Shown here: one piece after another, positions 1 to 10,068 of the stretch
Numbering within the stretch: position 1 is the stretch's first letter
Layout: the number at the start of each line of letters is the position of its first letter
Source of the DNA: an uncultured virus (IMG/VR IMGVR_UViG_3300030108_002488)
Taxonomy: Duplodnaviria > Heunggongvirae > Uroviricota > Caudoviricetes
Reading direction: 5' to 3' (one strand)
Virus record (IMG/VR): IMGVR_UViG_3300030108_002488
Coordinates: 1-64,000 of that record
Length of the DNA stretch: 64,000 bases
Program-made: the position numbers and the translations under genes
The notes under the pieces: generated by a model
What the model was told of the DNA's origin: nothing
Databases searched by the model: none
What the model saw: the letters and a program-made list of their open reading frames with translations, nothing else

Positions 1-300
1 ACGGATAAAACGCATGTGTTCTAATGTCTGTTCAAGACTGTGACTGAAAATCATGATATGTGTTTTTGGATTAAAAGCAGCAATCCATAATGCATACGAC
101 ATAAATAACGTAGACTTACCGTGGTCACGAGATGCTTTAACACAATAGTATCTATGATTTTTCAAACCCTCATCCCATTGTTTGTGATGATTTGAATAAT
201 GAAAACCCAATACAGTTTCAAAGAAATACTTGAAAGAACGCTCGGACATTTTAGTGTCCATCTCTATGAGAAGTTCCTGCATTTGCTGTTTATCTTGCAT
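1..300 (-). CDS. terL: Terminase large subunit, N-terminal 100 aa (runs off the window)
   Basis: Not in the ORF track. Manual translation from ATG at 300: MQDKQQMQELLIEMD...HRYYCVKASRDHGKSTLFMSYALW...HIMIFSHSLEQ. This has a terminase-type Walker A (R-x-H-GKS) followed by the usual hydrophobic strand and 'EQ' motif. Confidence 0.85.
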   Translation of the reverse strand, partial: MQDKQQMQELLIEMDTKMSERSFKYFFETVLGFHYSNHHKQWDEGLKNHRYYCVKASRDHGKSTLFMSYALWIAAFNPKTHIMIFSHSLEQTLEHMRFIR

Positions 301-304
301 AAAC

Positions 305-1432
305 TCAACCCATTTGATTATTAGTAGCATTAGCGAATTTTTCTAATTCTTCCATTTGTATTTCTTCAGGTGTTTTTTCACGTTGTTCAAGTGACGTAGA
401 AGGTATTTCACTTATTTCGTTAGCAGGAATTGATGAGCCGATATTACTTAAAATTTCAGCATCAATCTTCTTTCGTTGTTCACTATCATATGTTGGTGGT
501 AAAGTAGGAGGAGCAACTGGTGGTGGAGTAGGAGGACCCACTGGTGGTATACCCATAGCGGCATCGGTCATAGCCCTTTGGTTTAATTCTCTTCGTGCTT
601 CATGAAGTCGCTCCATTAATTCTCTGTTTTTTTCGAATAAAGGATTTCCTTGTGAATCCGTAGGGATTTCTTCTGCTTTTTCTTCTAACTCATTTTTATC
701 TGCTAATAATCGATTATAATCCTCGAATTCTTTTAGTTCTCTATTATATCTTTCCACATTGGCCGCAACAGCCTTAGGGTTTAGAACAGAAGTTGGCGGT
801 GAAGGCGCAGGTGGTACCATAATAGGTTCCGCTATTGTGGGTTGTGGCTTAGGCTCGGGCTCCGCTCCCGCTAAAGCAACATCTCTACCAAATCGACTAC
901 CTATACCAGTACCTGCTCTTACCGCAACAGGAGCAAGAGTTTGTGCAGCGGTATAACCTTGTAAACCAGCAGTACCTAAAGCAGAAAGAGCATCAGTACC
1001 ACTAGCGGTTGCTCTTTGTAAAGCAGTTAAACCTCTTACTGTTCCATATAATTTAGATGCTATATCTGCTGCTCTACCTAAACCCCCGCCGTATTTACCA
1101 GCAAGATTATAAATTTGTTCACGGGTAACACCACGAGGTAATTCTGCACCTACAGCGGGTGTTACACCATAAGCCGCTGCATGTTGCATGCTATGAGGTT
1201 TAAATTTAGCCTCTTTGAATCCACGAACAGGTTCACCCGATATAGTACTTTGAAGAGTGCTTTCTCTTGCTAATTTTTCGTCTGTCTCACTCAAGGTTGG
1301 CATACCATAATATTTATCACCCGAACCACCTATAGTTGTGTAAATTTGGGGTCGGGCATCATCACCACCTAACGGTAATTGCATTTGGAATGGTTGTGCT
1401 TCTTGTTTTTTAATGACTCCTACATAACTCAA
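305..1432 (-). CDS. Hypothetical Pro-rich protein, probable virion/internal protein
   Basis: 375 aa ORF, tightly coupled to neighbours, Gly/Ala-rich middle and Pro-rich linkers; no recognisable family. Confidence 0.55.
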   Translation of the reverse strand: MSYVGVIKKQEAQPFQMQLPLGGDDARPQIYTTIGGSGDKYYGMPTLSETDEKLARESTLQSTISGEPVRGFKEAKFKPHSMQHAAAYGVTPAVGAELPRGVTREQIYNLAGKYGGGLGRAADIASKLYGTVRGLTALQRATASGTDALSALGTAGLQGYTAAQTLAPVAVRAGTGIGSRFGRDVALAGAEPEPKPQPTIAEPIMVPPAPSPPTSVLNPKAVAANVERYNRELKEFEDYNRLLADKNELEEKAEEIPTDSQGNPLFEKNRELMERLHEARRELNQRAMTDAAMGIPPVGPPTPPPVAPPTLPPTYDSEQRKKIDAEILSNIGSSIPANEISEIPSTSLEQREKTPEEIQMEELEKFANATNNQMG

Positions 1433-3790
1433 TTAAACACCCCCAATACTAACTTTGATTACCTTTACGACTGTGGGAGAAACATTTAATCTCTTTGCTA
1501 TACGTTCCCAATCACCCATTGAGTGAGCGATTGTTTTCACATCAACTGGTGTTAGGTCTACACTTTTAGCAAGATGTCTAATACCAAATTCATCAGCAAT
1601 ATTTACTGGTCTTGGTAAAGCATGTTTCATTACAGTGTTGTCAGCAAGAGCATCGTCCATTTGCATATCTTCCATGGCTTTAGTGATTCTATCTGTAATT
1701 GATAGATTTTTGTCTTGTGACTTCATGTATTGAGATAAAAATGTTTGGCCGGGGTCTCCCATGGCTTGTTGATATCTTTGTTCATCAAAACTCAAAGGAC
1801 CTTCGGGTTGTAATCTTACAGGTAAATTTGCTTGTTGTGCTATACTTCTGAAAGATTGAGGTGATGCTTGACCTAAATGTCTTCTAGCAGCCACTAACTC
1901 AGGACTTTGTTGTAATGGAAATTGAACTTGTGCTGGTACACTGGGTGCAGGTGCTGGTGCAGCCATTGGTGTAATAGGTGGTGCAACCTTGACTCCCGGT
2001 TGTGCTGTAAGCATAGGGTCTATTTTTGGAGGTGGACCCGGTGGCACTTTTTGTGCTTGAGCCTCAGTCGGTGGAGGTGGGGTTTCAAAACCAGTAGAGT
2101 ATGATACATGGTCCGGAAGATTTGGTTTATTTTCAAACAAACCCATGTCTGTAACCTTTCTACTCGCTAAGTGTTGGGTAGGCATTTCATCAGGATGTAT
2201 CAAATCTCTTTTAACTTCCATATCGTGAGAGCCAGCGATTATATCCGCTATACCCTCTAAAGCCTTTCTTCTACTATCCACAGTATCCAAAGAATCGACA
2301 TTGTAACCCAATTGAGCATACAAAGATGGGTCTTCGGGTTCATAGTGTCTTAGATTACTCGTACCCTTTTCAGAGTGTCCCGATGCATGGGCTAAAGCAT
2401 AAATTTTTTTCGCTCTAGGATGAACACCCTCTGAAGTTAATGTTTTTTGATAATTTGGATTACCTTCGCCCGCTACAAAATGACTTAAGAAACCCTCATG
2501 ACCAAGAGCGGCTTTTGAATCAAAATGGTCAACTAAATGTTGAAGTGTTTTTCCACCCCTTTGAGTATTTTTTAAACGACTAAATAGCATCTTAAACCCA
2601 TCAGTTTGTTTTAAATCATCCATTAAATCATCTAAATAACCAGTAGGCTCGTGCATTAATTCATCAAGTGACCTTTCTTGATAATCACCTGTTGGGGTAC
2701 GAACAGGTAAAGTTATTTTTCCAAAATTTTCAGATATACCTTTTTGTTTTAAAGAATTAATAGCATTTCTGAGTAAATTTTTTGCTTTTTCTGTGCTTGC
2801 ATTTGTTGTTTTATTACCATGTAAATGAAGTATATCAGGAAAGTGATGTGCTATTTCATAAGAAAATATATCACTAGGGATACCACCAGCACTATATCCT
2901 TCGGGAACTGTTTGCATAAAACTATCAGGTAAATTTCCCTGTTGTAATTGGTCTCCACCTGTTCCTGAGAGTCTCATCACATTAGGTGAAAGTTGTACTT
3001 TACTAGGATGTGAATCGATTGTAGCCCATTTGTCATGTATATACCCTTTACTTCCAAACACAGCATCTATATTTTCTTGACCGAATTCTCCTCCTAATTT
3101 ATTTAACAACATATTTCTTAGAGCCAAGTGAATAGGATTTGAATAAGATTCTATAAATGTACCTAATGTCTGAGGATTACTATTTGTGAATTGAGTTATG
3201 AGTTTACCCTCATTATCTCTTACATTTTGATTTATTGAGTTTTTTCCTTTAAAGGAACTAACATGATTTGTTCTCCATTCATCACTTTCAATATGAGGTA
3301 ACATATCAGATTTACCAGCATTTTTTCTAGCCTTATTTGTTTCATCAATAGCCATATTAAGTATGTCAATTGGATTTAACCTTATACCTAAACTACTACT
3401 ATGTTTACCAAGAATACCTGCTCTATCTAATGCATCTCCTAAATCTTTAATCACGCCATCCATTCCATGATAATGATTTCTTTCTGTTCCATCGTTATTC
3501 ATTCCTGTGTTGTAAGCCAATTCACCGTGCCTTCCTATTTTGAATTTACCGGGGATTAAATTACCAACACCTGCGTGTCCTGATGGATGTGGGTCTGCTG
3601 TCCCACCATGAGCATATGCAGGTGCGTCAATTTTACCACCAGTTTTAGGATTAACACCTGCGCCTACCGCTTCAGGTGGATATGCTGAATACATTGTGCT
3701 TTGTAGTGGTTTACCGGGAGCAGCGTGCCAACCGACCACACCGTGACCCTTTAAGATAATTGGATTGCTTTTTACAAAAATGTAACTCAA
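1433..3790 (-). CDS. Large hypothetical late protein, probable virion/internal protein
   Basis: 785 aa ORF with a Pro/Gln-rich linker and a possible HTH-like C-terminus (GDWERIAKRLNVSPTVVKVIK). Confidence 0.55.
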   Translation of the reverse strand: MSYIFVKSNPIILKGHGVVGWHAAPGKPLQSTMYSAYPPEAVGAGVNPKTGGKIDAPAYAHGGTADPHPSGHAGVGNLIPGKFKIGRHGELAYNTGMNNDGTERNHYHGMDGVIKDLGDALDRAGILGKHSSSLGIRLNPIDILNMAIDETNKARKNAGKSDMLPHIESDEWRTNHVSSFKGKNSINQNVRDNEGKLITQFTNSNPQTLGTFIESYSNPIHLALRNMLLNKLGGEFGQENIDAVFGSKGYIHDKWATIDSHPSKVQLSPNVMRLSGTGGDQLQQGNLPDSFMQTVPEGYSAGGIPSDIFSYEIAHHFPDILHLHGNKTTNASTEKAKNLLRNAINSLKQKGISENFGKITLPVRTPTGDYQERSLDELMHEPTGYLDDLMDDLKQTDGFKMLFSRLKNTQRGGKTLQHLVDHFDSKAALGHEGFLSHFVAGEGNPNYQKTLTSEGVHPRAKKIYALAHASGHSEKGTSNLRHYEPEDPSLYAQLGYNVDSLDTVDSRRKALEGIADIIAGSHDMEVKRDLIHPDEMPTQHLASRKVTDMGLFENKPNLPDHVSYSTGFETPPPPTEAQAQKVPPGPPPKIDPMLTAQPGVKVAPPITPMAAPAPAPSVPAQVQFPLQQSPELVAARRHLGQASPQSFRSIAQQANLPVRLQPEGPLSFDEQRYQQAMGDPGQTFLSQYMKSQDKNLSITDRITKAMEDMQMDDALADNTVMKHALPRPVNIADEFGIRHLAKSVDLTPVDVKTIAHSMGDWERIAKRLNVSPTVVKVIKVSIGGV

Positions 3791-4944
3791 GCCGTTCCAC
3801 CTCGCACATGACTGGGTTTGAATGCAAAGTTACGTGCATCTTCACTTTCAGTTGGACCCGTTGGTTTGGTAGTTTTATCTGAAGGACCAGTGTTGTGCTT
3901 AGGTAAAGAAGACGCTCCGCCTGAAACATCTTTTTCAGCCATCTTCTTCTTTTCATTCCTTTTATCTCTTAACAGATTACGCATTTCACGCATTATGTTT
4001 CTTAATTCAGCCAATTGATATTTATTAACTGCTTTCAATAATGAATCCTCGGGTAATGAATCCTCACTCATAGTTACCATACTAGGCATTTTAGGACGAG
4101 TCAAAGATGGTCTTCTCATCTTAGGAGGCACAATCGGTGGAGCACGAACTGGATGTAAACGTGGTCTTCTAGGTGTTAAATTAGGAGCGCCCATTGGGGC
4201 AGAATATTGGTCAGAACGGGTTCTAAGTCTAGGGCCAACAATTCTTACGTTTCCAAAATGTTTTTTACGCTGTTTCAATTGAGCAAGTTGTCTATTATAT
4301 TTACGTTTATCTGCTTGACTAATAGGTTGATATGTAGAAAGAGTTCGGTGGTCAAAGTCAACAGATGTATCACCACCGAAAGCCATCGGTCCAGTTGGAT
4401 TTTCTCTTCTTACATATTTTGCTCTTCTATTACTCTGCTGTGCTTCATTACCGAAACCACCTTTAGGTTGTTTGAAAGGTTTAGTGGATGTTTCCCACGC
4501 TCTTTTTTGTCTTTTTAATAAATCAGACCAAGCATTTTCCATTGGCTCGGACATCTGCATCATTTCTCCACCAGCAGCACCGGGGCCTTTTGCTTGGTTA
4601 GCAAGACTTGTGAGAAAACCACCGACATCAGGTGAACCAGTTTGTGCTGTTATTTCTCTTTCAGCGTCTCTTTTGTCTGAATCATCTTCGTTCATTTCTT
4701 CTTTCTCAGGAGTAGAAGGTAAACCCATGTGATGAGGTTTGATTTTGATATGTTTGATTTTTTTATGAGCCTTTTCTTCTTTTTCTTTTTTGGCTTGTTT
4801 TTTATCCATCCTTTTATCTTTATTATAACCATCTTCGTGTCCGTATGTATCTTCTTCGTGATTATTACGAAACATGTAAGAGGACTCAGACCTCGGATTA
4901 TAGATTCTAGTATCAGAACCTCTTCCCATCATTCCCTCAGTCAT
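3787..4944 (-). CDS. Hypothetical basic, low-complexity late protein with the AWxxLLK tag
   Basis: 385 aa ORF containing EPMENAWSDLLKR; stop overlaps the next start. Confidence 0.55.
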   Translation of the reverse strand: MTEGMMGRGSDTRIYNPRSESSYMFRNNHEEDTYGHEDGYNKDKRMDKKQAKKEKEEKAHKKIKHIKIKPHHMGLPSTPEKEEMNEDDSDKRDAEREITAQTGSPDVGGFLTSLANQAKGPGAAGGEMMQMSEPMENAWSDLLKRQKRAWETSTKPFKQPKGGFGNEAQQSNRRAKYVRRENPTGPMAFGGDTSVDFDHRTLSTYQPISQADKRKYNRQLAQLKQRKKHFGNVRIVGPRLRTRSDQYSAPMGAPNLTPRRPRLHPVRAPPIVPPKMRRPSLTRPKMPSMVTMSEDSLPEDSLLKAVNKYQLAELRNIMREMRNLLRDKRNEKKKMAEKDVSGGASSLPKHNTGPSDKTTKPTGPTESEDARNFAFKPSHVRGGTA

Positions 4945-5341
4945 CTATATCACTCACCATAATATTTTCAAATATACATCTTAGCGTTGATGCTACGTCT
5001 CTATAGAAATTGCTAACTCTAGGATTATTTAAAAATGCACGCTGCATATTATCAACCACTAAATCATATTCTTCTAGTAAACCGTGTAATAATTTAACAG
5101 CGGGTAAGAAATATTGAGGGTCATCATTATTGTATAAAGTATCGAAAGATTTTATCATAGCGGGAAACAAATCTATAGGTGTAACATTTATATCACCGTA
5201 GTGTTCGAACCTTTCTGTTAATTTAATACAATAATCAAGGAAAGTAGGAACATCTCTCTCAGTCATTATCCTACCTAAATTTACATAACGATAACCGGGA
5301 TGAGTTACTTGTAATAGGTCAGGAACTGGCACTGCTAACAT
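4937..5341 (-). CDS. Hypothetical protein
   Basis: 134 aa ORF translationally coupled on both sides. Confidence 0.55.
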   Translation of the reverse strand: MLAVPVPDLLQVTHPGYRYVNLGRIMTERDVPTFLDYCIKLTERFEHYGDINVTPIDLFPAMIKSFDTLYNNDDPQYFLPAVKLLHGLLEEYDLVVDNMQRAFLNNPRVSNFYRDVASTLRCIFENIMVSDIDD

Positions 5342-6021
5342 TACATATCACCCGCTTGGTCTATCAATTGGCTACGAATTCTTGCCCATGTATCAGGACT
5401 TTCTTTACCCAACTCAACTTTAAGAATGTTGATTGTGTTATGAATTTCACCATTTTCACTTGTTGCCCCCCAATTTTCTTGCATTTTAATTAAATCTTTT
5501 ATCGACTCTCTGACTTCTTTGTGCAAAGACACTGCATCTTTGACGAAGCCGTCTTCGTGTATACTCCCATCGTGGAGCAATTCAGACAACTTATCGTTGA
5601 GTTTTTCGACATTGTTTCGAAGTACATTTAATTCTCCTCCAACGGCGAGACTGGTCTCCGCTATAGCACTGCGTTGCACTAGGGGTTGAAAATGGTTTTT
5701 CATGTGATGGTAGACTGTAGTTTCAGCAAGGTCTAACTCTTTTGCTATATTTTCAGACTCACTACCGTCTTGAAAATACCTAGTTTCGAACTCTGCTCTT
5801 TGTGGGTGAGTACAAATTTTACATTGCGGATTAGCAGCCATGTGGTACTGACCCATATGATTTCTGAAGTGCCTGTCAGAAGTATTTAACCTCCAACCCA
5901 TTTCTTTATCTAATTCTTTAGGAGATATACTACCACTCAATAAAGCCTCTTCTAATTCATCTCTACTGGGATGTTGACAGAAAGGACAAGACCTTTTGGT
6001 AACTCTATTATCTTCTCCCAT
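5341..6021 (-). CDS. Tandem Zn-finger/HTH protein with coiled coil; candidate terminase small subunit
   Basis: Two repeats of CxxCxHPxR...HTH...HxxNH (CPFCQHPSR...RHFRNH; CKICTHPQR...HHMKNH), then a heptad region; lies upstream of terL on the same strand. Confidence 0.5.
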   Translation of the reverse strand: MGEDNRVTKRSCPFCQHPSRDELEEALLSGSISPKELDKEMGWRLNTSDRHFRNHMGQYHMAANPQCKICTHPQRAEFETRYFQDGSESENIAKELDLAETTVYHHMKNHFQPLVQRSAIAETSLAVGGELNVLRNNVEKLNDKLSELLHDGSIHEDGFVKDAVSLHKEVRESIKDLIKMQENWGATSENGEIHNTINILKVELGKESPDTWARIRSQLIDQAGDM

Positions 6022-6081
6022 TGTACACGCTTAAAGCAACATCACAGATAACTCTAACTGTATAAACATGTTGCATATCAT

Positions 6082-6369
6082 ATGTTCCGTAGAATAAAGC
6101 GAGTTCCACGGCAAAATATATCTACCAAAATAAAAGAGGTTAAAAGAGCGACTAAAGATATAATCAACAAAAACAGAGTCACAGAAAATGAATACAAAGA
6201 TAGACTGAAAACATGTAATGATTGTGTCTATCTAGTGAGGTCCACAAATATGTGTAGAGTTTGTGGATGTTTTATGAAAATAAAAGCAGCCTTACCATCT
6301 TCTGTTTGTCCTCTTGGTAAATGGTCACTTAGCGATTCTAGTATAGATTCCACCCAACATGACAACTGA
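6082..6369 (+). CDS. Small Cys-rich metal-binding viral protein
   Basis: RLKTCNDC...CRVCGCFMKIKA...CPLGKW pattern, common in phage hypothetical proteins. Confidence 0.65.
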   Translation: MFRRIKRVPRQNISTKIKEVKRATKDIINKNRVTENEYKDRLKTCNDCVYLVRSTNMCRVCGCFMKIKAALPSSVCPLGKWSLSDSSIDSTQHDN

Positions 6370-6576
6370 TGCAAAAATTCCAATTAAGAATATACTTACT
6401 TCATTAGTGCTTAATTCAGCACCTTTGAAAACTAATATGAAAAATAAAGTAACTATTATACTCAAAAATTGTACCATAATCATGTCAGTAATTACTGACC
6501 TTTTTGGTGAAAACATATTCACACTTGCTACACTTAATCCACGAACTGCATTATTCATTGGGTCTTGGTTTATCAT
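6325..6576 (-). CDS. Small two-TM membrane protein
   Basis: Two hydrophobic segments (MIMVQFLSIIVTLFFILVF; VSIFLIGIFASVVMLGGIY). Confidence 0.65.
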   Translation of the reverse strand: MINQDPMNNAVRGLSVASVNMFSPKRSVITDMIMVQFLSIIVTLFFILVFKGAELSTNEVSIFLIGIFASVVMLGGIYTRIAK

Positions 6577-6586
6577 ATTATCACTT

Positions 6587-7261
6587 TTATTTATTTGTCG
6601 GTAGTCCTATTAATCCACGAGCAACGCTACCAATTCCACCACCCACTTTATTCATCATACCTTCATCGGCTAGAGCAGCGGATAAAGCACCACCCATCAT
6701 TGACTGTTGAGCCATACTCATGATTTGCTGTCTTTGCATTTCGGCTTGTTGAACTGTTTGTGTGCTTTGGGCCACAATATTGTTCAATAACATACTAACG
6801 TTTTCAGCACTTAATGTTTGTAGTTCTGATGGTAACGCTGTAGCGTCTAATTTCATAGCACCCTCATCTTCATTCATAACAAAAGTAGCGTTCTTTAATA
6901 TATTTATCAAACTTAAACTTGTGGCTGTTGCTACTAGGTCTATGACAGTGGCTAACCCTCCTTCTGCTATAAATCTATGAATTGGATTTTGTGATTGTAA
7001 TAAGGCAGCCATGATTTCCATTTCAGATGGAGGAGTTATCTGACCGTTCTGCATCATCATTTGTTGTTGTTGATTCATACCCATACCACCCATCATTCCA
7101 CCCATGAAACCATTAGGTTGTTGTTGAGGTGCAAACTGTGCCGATGGTAAACCAACCCCTAAATTAGAGCCGTATTGATTATTCATGGGAGCACCACTCA
7201 TTGAGAGGTTCAACGCTCCATTATTTTGTTGAGATTTATTAAAACCGAACATACCTATCAC
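6587..7261 (-). CDS. Gln/Met/Gly-rich helical hypothetical protein
   Basis: 224 aa with low-complexity QQQ/MGGM tracts and a Gly-zipper-like C-terminus. Confidence 0.6.
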   Translation of the reverse strand: MIGMFGFNKSQQNNGALNLSMSGAPMNNQYGSNLGVGLPSAQFAPQQQPNGFMGGMMGGMGMNQQQQMMMQNGQITPPSEMEIMAALLQSQNPIHRFIAEGGLATVIDLVATATSLSLINILKNATFVMNEDEGAMKLDATALPSELQTLSAENVSMLLNNIVAQSTQTVQQAEMQRQQIMSMAQQSMMGGALSAALADEGMMNKVGGGIGSVARGLIGLPTNK

Positions 7262-8208
7262 ACTCCCGGACGAAGGCCCTCCACATCAATGTTCTGCTGA
7301 TTGTGTTGTATTTTTAATGATTCTTGTGCGAGTAAATCTTCAAAAGCCTGAGTGGGCTGATTCATTTGCATAAGTTCTTGTTGAAATATACGTAAATCAA
7401 ACACTACCATGGTGACATCATTTTGACCAGTTACGGGATTAGAATAATGTAAAACATTAATTCCTTTTGTTTTACCAGCATCTCTTTCTAATTCAGCAAA
7501 AAATGGCTCATATTTTTTTAACATTTCAGGAGTAGGGTCTTTCTTTTTAAAAGATGCTACAGGTACTGTAACTATAGAAACTCCACGTTTCACTTTATCA
7601 CGAAGTCGGCTTGGATTCATTTCATTTTGTTTATCTTCTTCTGCCTCCCACTTACACAATAAATGATACAAATGAAGATGTTCAGGACAATATGTTCCTC
7701 TCATTTTTTTACCACTTGTGACTTTGTCACGAGCAATAAAAGCCTCAGGTTGACCAGTAACAGGGTTTTCCCAATACATTTCCCATAGAGAGCGACCAGT
7801 CTCCTCATCACTAATTCTCATGTAGAGATTATCGTGTTTTATAAGTTCAGCAACATTAGCACCATCGACAACACAAGTACCAGTATCTTTGTTGTAACGA
7901 TATTTTCTTCCAAATAACCATCGCATAGGGTTGAATATTGAACGTTTTGCTGGTTGTAAAAGTTTGTATGCTTGTTTAATATCTCTTCTACGTGCTTTTC
8001 TCGGGTCAGGATGTGTGCTTGGGTAAAAATTTACTTTGGGCACTTCTATATTTTGAGTTGCGGCTATTTCTTGCATTCCTTGTTGAGCAGCCATCATTTC
8101 TTGTAACGCAGCGTGAGTAAGTTGTTGATTACCTTGACCTGCTAAACTGGCTAAATGGGCCTCATTAACCGTATATAACGGCTGCGAGGCTGTAGGTTGA
8201 AACATCAT
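7258..8208 (-). CDS. Hypothetical protein
   Basis: 316 aa ORF, start/stop overlaps with both neighbours. Confidence 0.6.
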   Translation of the reverse strand: MMFQPTASQPLYTVNEAHLASLAGQGNQQLTHAALQEMMAAQQGMQEIAATQNIEVPKVNFYPSTHPDPRKARRRDIKQAYKLLQPAKRSIFNPMRWLFGRKYRYNKDTGTCVVDGANVAELIKHDNLYMRISDEETGRSLWEMYWENPVTGQPEAFIARDKVTSGKKMRGTYCPEHLHLYHLLCKWEAEEDKQNEMNPSRLRDKVKRGVSIVTVPVASFKKKDPTPEMLKKYEPFFAELERDAGKTKGINVLHYSNPVTGQNDVTMVVFDLRIFQQELMQMNQPTQAFEDLLAQESLKIQHNQQNIDVEGLRPGV

Positions 8209-8399
8209 TTATTTTCATCTCCTTGTACGGGTCTAAGCATTACTACCATATCACCGTTTTCCACTTTAAATTTCCAAGATACTTTATCCCCTGCATCTAA
8301 GTTATAGTGGTCTACAATCCACATTGGAATTGTAGTTCTAAGGCTACGACTACCTCCACCTGTAGATACTAAAACAGTGGATGTATTCTTTGTGCCCAT
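8205..8399 (-). CDS. AbrB/MazE/SpoVT-family DNA-binding protein
   Basis: SLRTTIPMWIVDHYNLDAGDKVSW matches the swapped-hairpin AbrB signature. Confidence 0.75.
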   Translation of the reverse strand: MGTKNTSTVLVSTGGGSRSLRTTIPMWIVDHYNLDAGDKVSWKFKVENGDMVVMLRPVQGDENK

Positions 8400-8445
8400 G
8401 TCTATCCCACGTATATTTTATTCAAAAGGTTATTGTTAAGGTCAA

Positions 8446-9168
8446 TCATGTGGTCAAGAGGTCTAACATGCATTGTTCTACATTCCATCCTATACGTGTA
8501 GCCATAAAAGAGCGTTTAGTAGGAATGCCCGCTTTTTGTAATTTAATAAGGTCATCCCTGAAAGGGTCGAAAATTTTATGCTCTCCTATTCTACCATCAT
8601 GCCATAATTTAGATGCAGTTTCATCAAAGAATCTATCTGCTTTATTAGCAATTAACATTACAACTCTAGGTCTGTATTTTCTTCCCTTTAACCTTGACCA
8701 CATAGAACGATAACGATAATTTCTATTTATGAGGCAATCAACTAGATAACGAAATCCAGCGAGTTGTTGAACACCAGCATCTCCTCCCTTGAAGGCCCTA
8801 TCATCAAATACGTAAACAACGGCTTCTACTCCTCTAGTCACCATATCTTCTATCCAAAGATTCCAAAATCTTTCCTGACCTCCTAAATCAGCAGAATATA
8901 CAACTCTTTTTTCTCCCCTCCAACTAACACGTTTTCTAGTGGGTTTAGGCATTTTATATTTACCTATTTTAAGAATACGAGAATGTGTGGTTCTATCTTC
9001 TTCGGGTATATCCTCCATTTCACCCGGTGTAGTCATATATCTATCAAGCGTTGTTTTACCAACCATGGGTGCTCCATAAACACCTACTCTACGGGGTTTG
9101 TAAGAATTAAATAAATGCTGTCCCCACATCGCTGCTCCAACAAGAGCAGTACTTGCTGGTTCTACCAT
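8446..9168 (-). CDS. Ras-superfamily (Arf-like) small GTPase
   Basis: G1 GAPMVGKTT, candidate G2 Thr (DRTT), G3 DLGGQ(ERF), strand AVVYVFD, G4 ANKAD, G5-like MAT. Confidence 0.85.
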   Translation of the reverse strand: MVEPASTALVGAAMWGQHLFNSYKPRRVGVYGAPMVGKTTLDRYMTTPGEMEDIPEEDRTTHSRILKIGKYKMPKPTRKRVSWRGEKRVVYSADLGGQERFWNLWIEDMVTRGVEAVVYVFDDRAFKGGDAGVQQLAGFRYLVDCLINRNYRYRSMWSRLKGRKYRPRVVMLIANKADRFFDETASKLWHDGRIGEHKIFDPFRDDLIKLQKAGIPTKRSFMATRIGWNVEQCMLDLLTT

Positions 9169-9171
9169 GTT

Positions 9172-9438
9172 CTAATTCCACCAAATTAACCAATTAATTA
9201 AACCCTCTAACTTTTCAATTACCCAGTTTACAGTATTTTCATAAAAACTAAATTCTTGATTATGAAATTCATAACCACTAATTACAAGTGCGGATATAAT
9301 TGAAAACACAATTGCTTTAAACCATCCCCAAGTTCTTTCATATGTAGTGTCTACGGTGTTGGCTAAATGTATGGCTCTAAGTGTCCCCTCTGTAGCATTA
9401 TCAGAAGGTGTTTTAAAAATACGTCCCACTAGTTTCAC
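9172..9438 (-). CDS. Small membrane protein
   Basis: Hydrophobic segment WFKAIVFSIISALVISGY; start uncertain. Confidence 0.6.
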   Translation of the reverse strand: MKLVGRIFKTPSDNATEGTLRAIHLANTVDTTYERTWGWFKAIVFSIISALVISGYEFHNQEFSFYENTVNWVIEKLEGLINWLIWWN

Positions 9439-9442
9439 TCCC

Positions 9443-10021
9443 TTATTTATCAGAGGGGGCGGTTTTTTTATTATATCTTTTATCTATAGTTCCATCTTTT
9501 TTTAACCTAACATTTTCTTCTACTTCTATGCCTAAAGACAAAGGCTGTCTAACACTAGCAGAATGAGATGGTAAATTAGGAGGCTCATCATAATATTGAG
9601 AAACTAACGATGGTGGCCCACCTTGTACTCCCCAAGAAGGAGGTATTTGACCGGGGTTTTGTTCCATCCATCTTAACTCTTGTTCTAATTGCGCTTCTCT
9701 CATTCTTAGTTCCATATCCGCTCTTCTTTTATCAAAATTTTCTTGCATGACTCTGTATTGATATTGACGATTTCTGTCTAAATTAGTTGTTCTGACTCTT
9801 TCTTGCATACCTTGCTCGAAAAACATTTTGAATACATAATATGCTATTCCTTGTACAAAAAATGCTGCCATGGCGTAAGTAAAACCATTTAACCAAGGTG
9901 TGTCGTTTATTAACCAAATATCAGCATCGAATACTCCAACGGCTACTCCGACTAGAGCACTTTGTGCTAATATCAATCCCATTAATCTTATTTCCGCATC
10001 ATGTTGTTCTTGACCATCCAT
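9443..10021 (-). CDS. Two-TM membrane protein with cytoplasmic coiled coil
   Basis: Two TM segments followed by RRADMELRMREAQLEQEL. Start moved from 10057 to the ATG at 10021 (MDGQEQ), downstream of an ATAACCTTT element. Confidence 0.6.
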   Translation of the reverse strand: MDGQEQHDAEIRLMGLILAQSALVGVAVGVFDADIWLINDTPWLNGFTYAMAAFFVQGIAYYVFKMFFEQGMQERVRTTNLDRNRQYQYRVMQENFDKRRADMELRMREAQLEQELRWMEQNPGQIPPSWGVQGGPPSLVSQYYDEPPNLPSHSASVRQPLSLGIEVEENVRLKKDGTIDKRYNKKTAPSDK

Positions 10022-10068
10022 TAGGACCACTGATGTGTCCACTAGAGAGGTCAACATAAAGGTTATGC

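Noticed and set aside
8205..8399. AbrB/MazE protein as the antitoxin of a toxin-antitoxin pair
   Set aside because: The downstream 316-aa ORF shows no PIN, MazF or Doc motifs; a stand-alone regulator is more likely
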